64,000 nucleotides of DNA, from positions 364,006 to 428,005 of the forward strand of contig NW_005434672.1 in NCBI RefSeq assembly GCF_000315625.1, in the 5' to 3' direction. Shown here in pieces: positions 61,357 to 64,000 of this stretch. This DNA is from Guillardia theta CCMP2712. Taxonomy: Eukaryota; Protista; Cryptophyta. Both the position numbers and the translations under genes were made by a program. The notes beneath the pieces were generated by a model that saw nothing but the letters and a program-made list of their open reading frames with translations, searched no databases and was not told the origin of the DNA. Position 1 is the stretch's first letter. Every line of letters starts with the position of its first letter.

Positions 61357-63629
61357 ATGCATTGCAGCCTTTGCTGCTTGAACCTCAGTTTCAGTTGCGC
61401 TGTATTCATGAATAAAAACAAATAAATATGAATACGATCGGTCTTCTCTATTATCAATGCAAAGGATACGTTCTAAAACATCAGTACACCATTCTTCAAC
61501 TGGGAATCAATAACATAATCATCGCATCGGGGGAATTGCAGTTAGTCGCAATATCCGCAGGCTTCAACATGACTCTTTCAATTTCCTGTGACGGACAAGT
61601 CGAATGGCTTGCTCTGCGCTATACCTGCATGCACCACTATTTCTGTCTGACCGTTCTTCCACTCTATTCTGCCTCCAGTAGGAACGAATTCTTCGTTGAG
61701 CGGAGAACGAGACCAGGTCACAAGGTCCTTGTCGTGCAGGTTTGCATCCATATGACACTTGCTGGAATAAAACAGACCTTTTTGTCCAGATTTTTCGTTG
61801 CTATGAATTCCTTTCATTGCTCTGCCTTCCGACCGATTTGTGCTGTCGCCCTGATTGTATCGATTCCGTCTCAATAAAAAACCTTCCCTTTAGGTACACG
61901 CTGCCTTGGTTGATTCAGCTATTCAAACATGACGTGCCTCTTGAAACTCCTTGTTTGTGTACTCCTTCACGATCTGCAATAAAAAAAAGATCATCAGACG
62001 AAGGGAGTCAGCAAAGAGTGAAAATTTCGGGTACTGCATTCCTAAGAAAGGATTTGATTTTGAACGACAATACCTCTTGGTATTGTGTGGAAACCTAAGT
62101 ACCTTTTCCTTTCTTCCCTGCCTTTCGGTGTATCTAAAATGTTCAAATACAGAAGCAAGGAACTTCTCCTCAACTCCAAGTTGAACAGAAGAGCTCCATT
62201 TTTCCTTTTCTGTTCTAGAACTCTATCACACGGTTGCACCATGCTGCATTTCACCATGTTTGAATCTCACTGCCGTCACCCTCACTGAATAAGACTTTCA
62301 CTTCTGCCAGACTACTATCTCTTTCCTTCCATGCCGTCATTCGTGATTACACACTTTCTTCTCTGCCAGGCCCTGAGCCATGGCCCCTAACACGACCAGC
62401 TGCGGCGAACTGACGGCGGCGATTCTGCCATTGTTGCGGCTTCATTTTGACAGTGTTCTCTTTCCGCCATCGCACTTTGGAGCCGGGTCCGTCTACTAGA
62501 CTGCTACACCTTGATGACCCCACCCCTAGTGTACCATGACCCACCCCCTCTCGGAGTGCGGCCGGGGGCTCATCAGGCCCCTGCCGCACTGCAGTGGAGG
62601 CTACCATTACAGTACCCACCCTTCTGACTACCGTACGGCTAGCACGGTACCTTTCGCTCCCCGGCAATCGCCGACCGGTACCAATTGAATGGCCAGTCAC
62701 CCGGTACCCCACCCTTACATGAAGCCTTTTATTCCGACCCCCCGGGGGGACCCCTCCAGTGCCCGACGGTGCCGCACTGGACTCCCTGGCAGGGAGGTGG
62801 TGAAGTACCTGGCAATGGCACCGATAATGATGATGGTGACCCGTCCGACGACCGTACCTGTTAACGGCTAGTAGTAAATATTGGAATCAATTCCTGACTC
62901 CTAGAGTCTGTGCACAGATGAATGACTAGTAGAACAGCTCAACAGCTGACTGATAAGTCCAAAGACCAAGACTCACAGATGATGTGCGCACGAAGACACC
63001 AATGACTTTCACAGCCAACCAAACACCTCAGATAACTCAGATCAACTTCCCAACAATCCCCAGCACTTTATTCCCAACACTCGTAGCAGCAAGACCAACC
63101 AAACAGCTTCCCTTCACACACCACCGCCTTACTTCCACCACTGTACGAGTGCTGCCTCTTCGACAGCCGGCGCCTCTTGATTCCTCCGGCGTCGCCTCAG
63201 CTTCCCCAGGCTCCAACCAACCGGATCTTCTAAGTCATAGACTAAGCTCCAGCCCACTAGCTTGGACCTGCAGGCTTCACTTGGTTCACAACCTGATTAG
63301 ACGCATCCCTTGAACTTATCGCGTCTGAAAGAACTTCTGAGAGGTTTGTCAGAACCTGAGTTCTTACACCCTCCCTTTGGGAAGCAAGTCAGAAGTCTGC
63401 AACCTTCTCAGCTTGTCAAAATCATCTGCTTGACAGCTAAGCAGCTGTCCCCTGCGATGTCCTCCTTTCCAACGATCGCTCTAGCTTCTTGCAGCGTTGT
63501 CAGCTGCTCCCATCACCTGACCATCAACATCTTTCCCAAGCTGACTTCCATGCTGCTCTCCTCTCCAAGGTCATCTTGCTGCTACCACTCCATCAACCGT
63601 TCTGCACAGGCTCATCCCCCATCTTGCAT

Positions 63630-63985
63630 GCCTCCTGCGCTCCTCCTTCGCTTCAAGTGTGCACCCTGGTGCACCTGCGTTTCTCCTCCTGTGACACCTG
63701 CGCTCCTCCTCCGCTTGCGCTGCGGATGCAGTGCGGTCGCACCCCGCCAACAGTGCACCTGTGCTGCTCCTCCACCTGCGCTGCGGCTTCTCCCCACCAT
63801 CGTAGGGCCTGCGCTGCTCCTCCAGCGCTTGCGCTTCAGCAGCACTCCTGCAGCACCTGCGCTGTCCTCCTCTAGCGCATCCTGATGCTCGTGCACTCGG
63901 GTTCCTCAGCTTGTACCATCCGCATGCCACAGAGACTCTCCTCATCCGCCTGCGCTGTCCGCATGCACCTGTGCTCCTCCTCACC
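63630..63985 (+). repeat. Degenerate dispersed repeat of a CACCTG(C/T)GCT(C/G)CTCCTCC-like unit
   Basis: About seven imperfect copies with irregular spacing. Confidence 0.55.
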
Positions 63986-64000
63986 TTCCATCATAAACTC

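Noticed and set aside
61450-62340. Possible spliced minus-strand gene (MTAWKERDS...)
   Set aside because: Some splice-like signals, but no coherent frame or domain could be assembled.
1-64000. CRISPR array, rRNA, operons, intact transposase or reverse transcriptase
   Set aside because: None seen. The repeats are microsatellites or palindromes, and the DNA is eukaryotic.

Overview
Gene-dense eukaryotic nuclear DNA with many short spliceosomal introns, GGA/TCC-rich introns and five assembly gaps. The style suggests a cryptophyte alga such as Guillardia theta (inference from bipartite plastid presequences, intron size and low-complexity content). About 22 protein genes were reconstructed by hand across introns. 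They include SAS6-like, a signal-peptide + LRLRGG SAM methyltransferase, DNAJC16-like, a Sel1-repeat protein, ESF1, WRAP73, a CMC4-like twin-CX9C protein, a plastid SRPBCC cyclase, a SUZ-C protein with a helical repeat, an SDR, F-box/Sel1/MYND, SMYD, an ankyrin-EF-hand kinesin-14, C2-NOXRED1, COX5C-like, a CNBD-family channel and ZNF207/BuGZ. There is also one tRNA-Gly(GCC). The most notable points are: (1) a recurring intergenic architecture at divergent gene heads, with palindrome-built CCGG islands, TACCCC/GGGGTA arrays oriented to the adjacent gene, and a shared AT-rich hairpin element; (2) a ubiquitin-tail motif (LRLRGG) between a signal peptide and a prokaryote-type enzyme; (3) unusual domain fusions; (4) several GC-AG introns. 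Family assignments come from motif recognition and memory, not database searches, and exon boundaries are manual.
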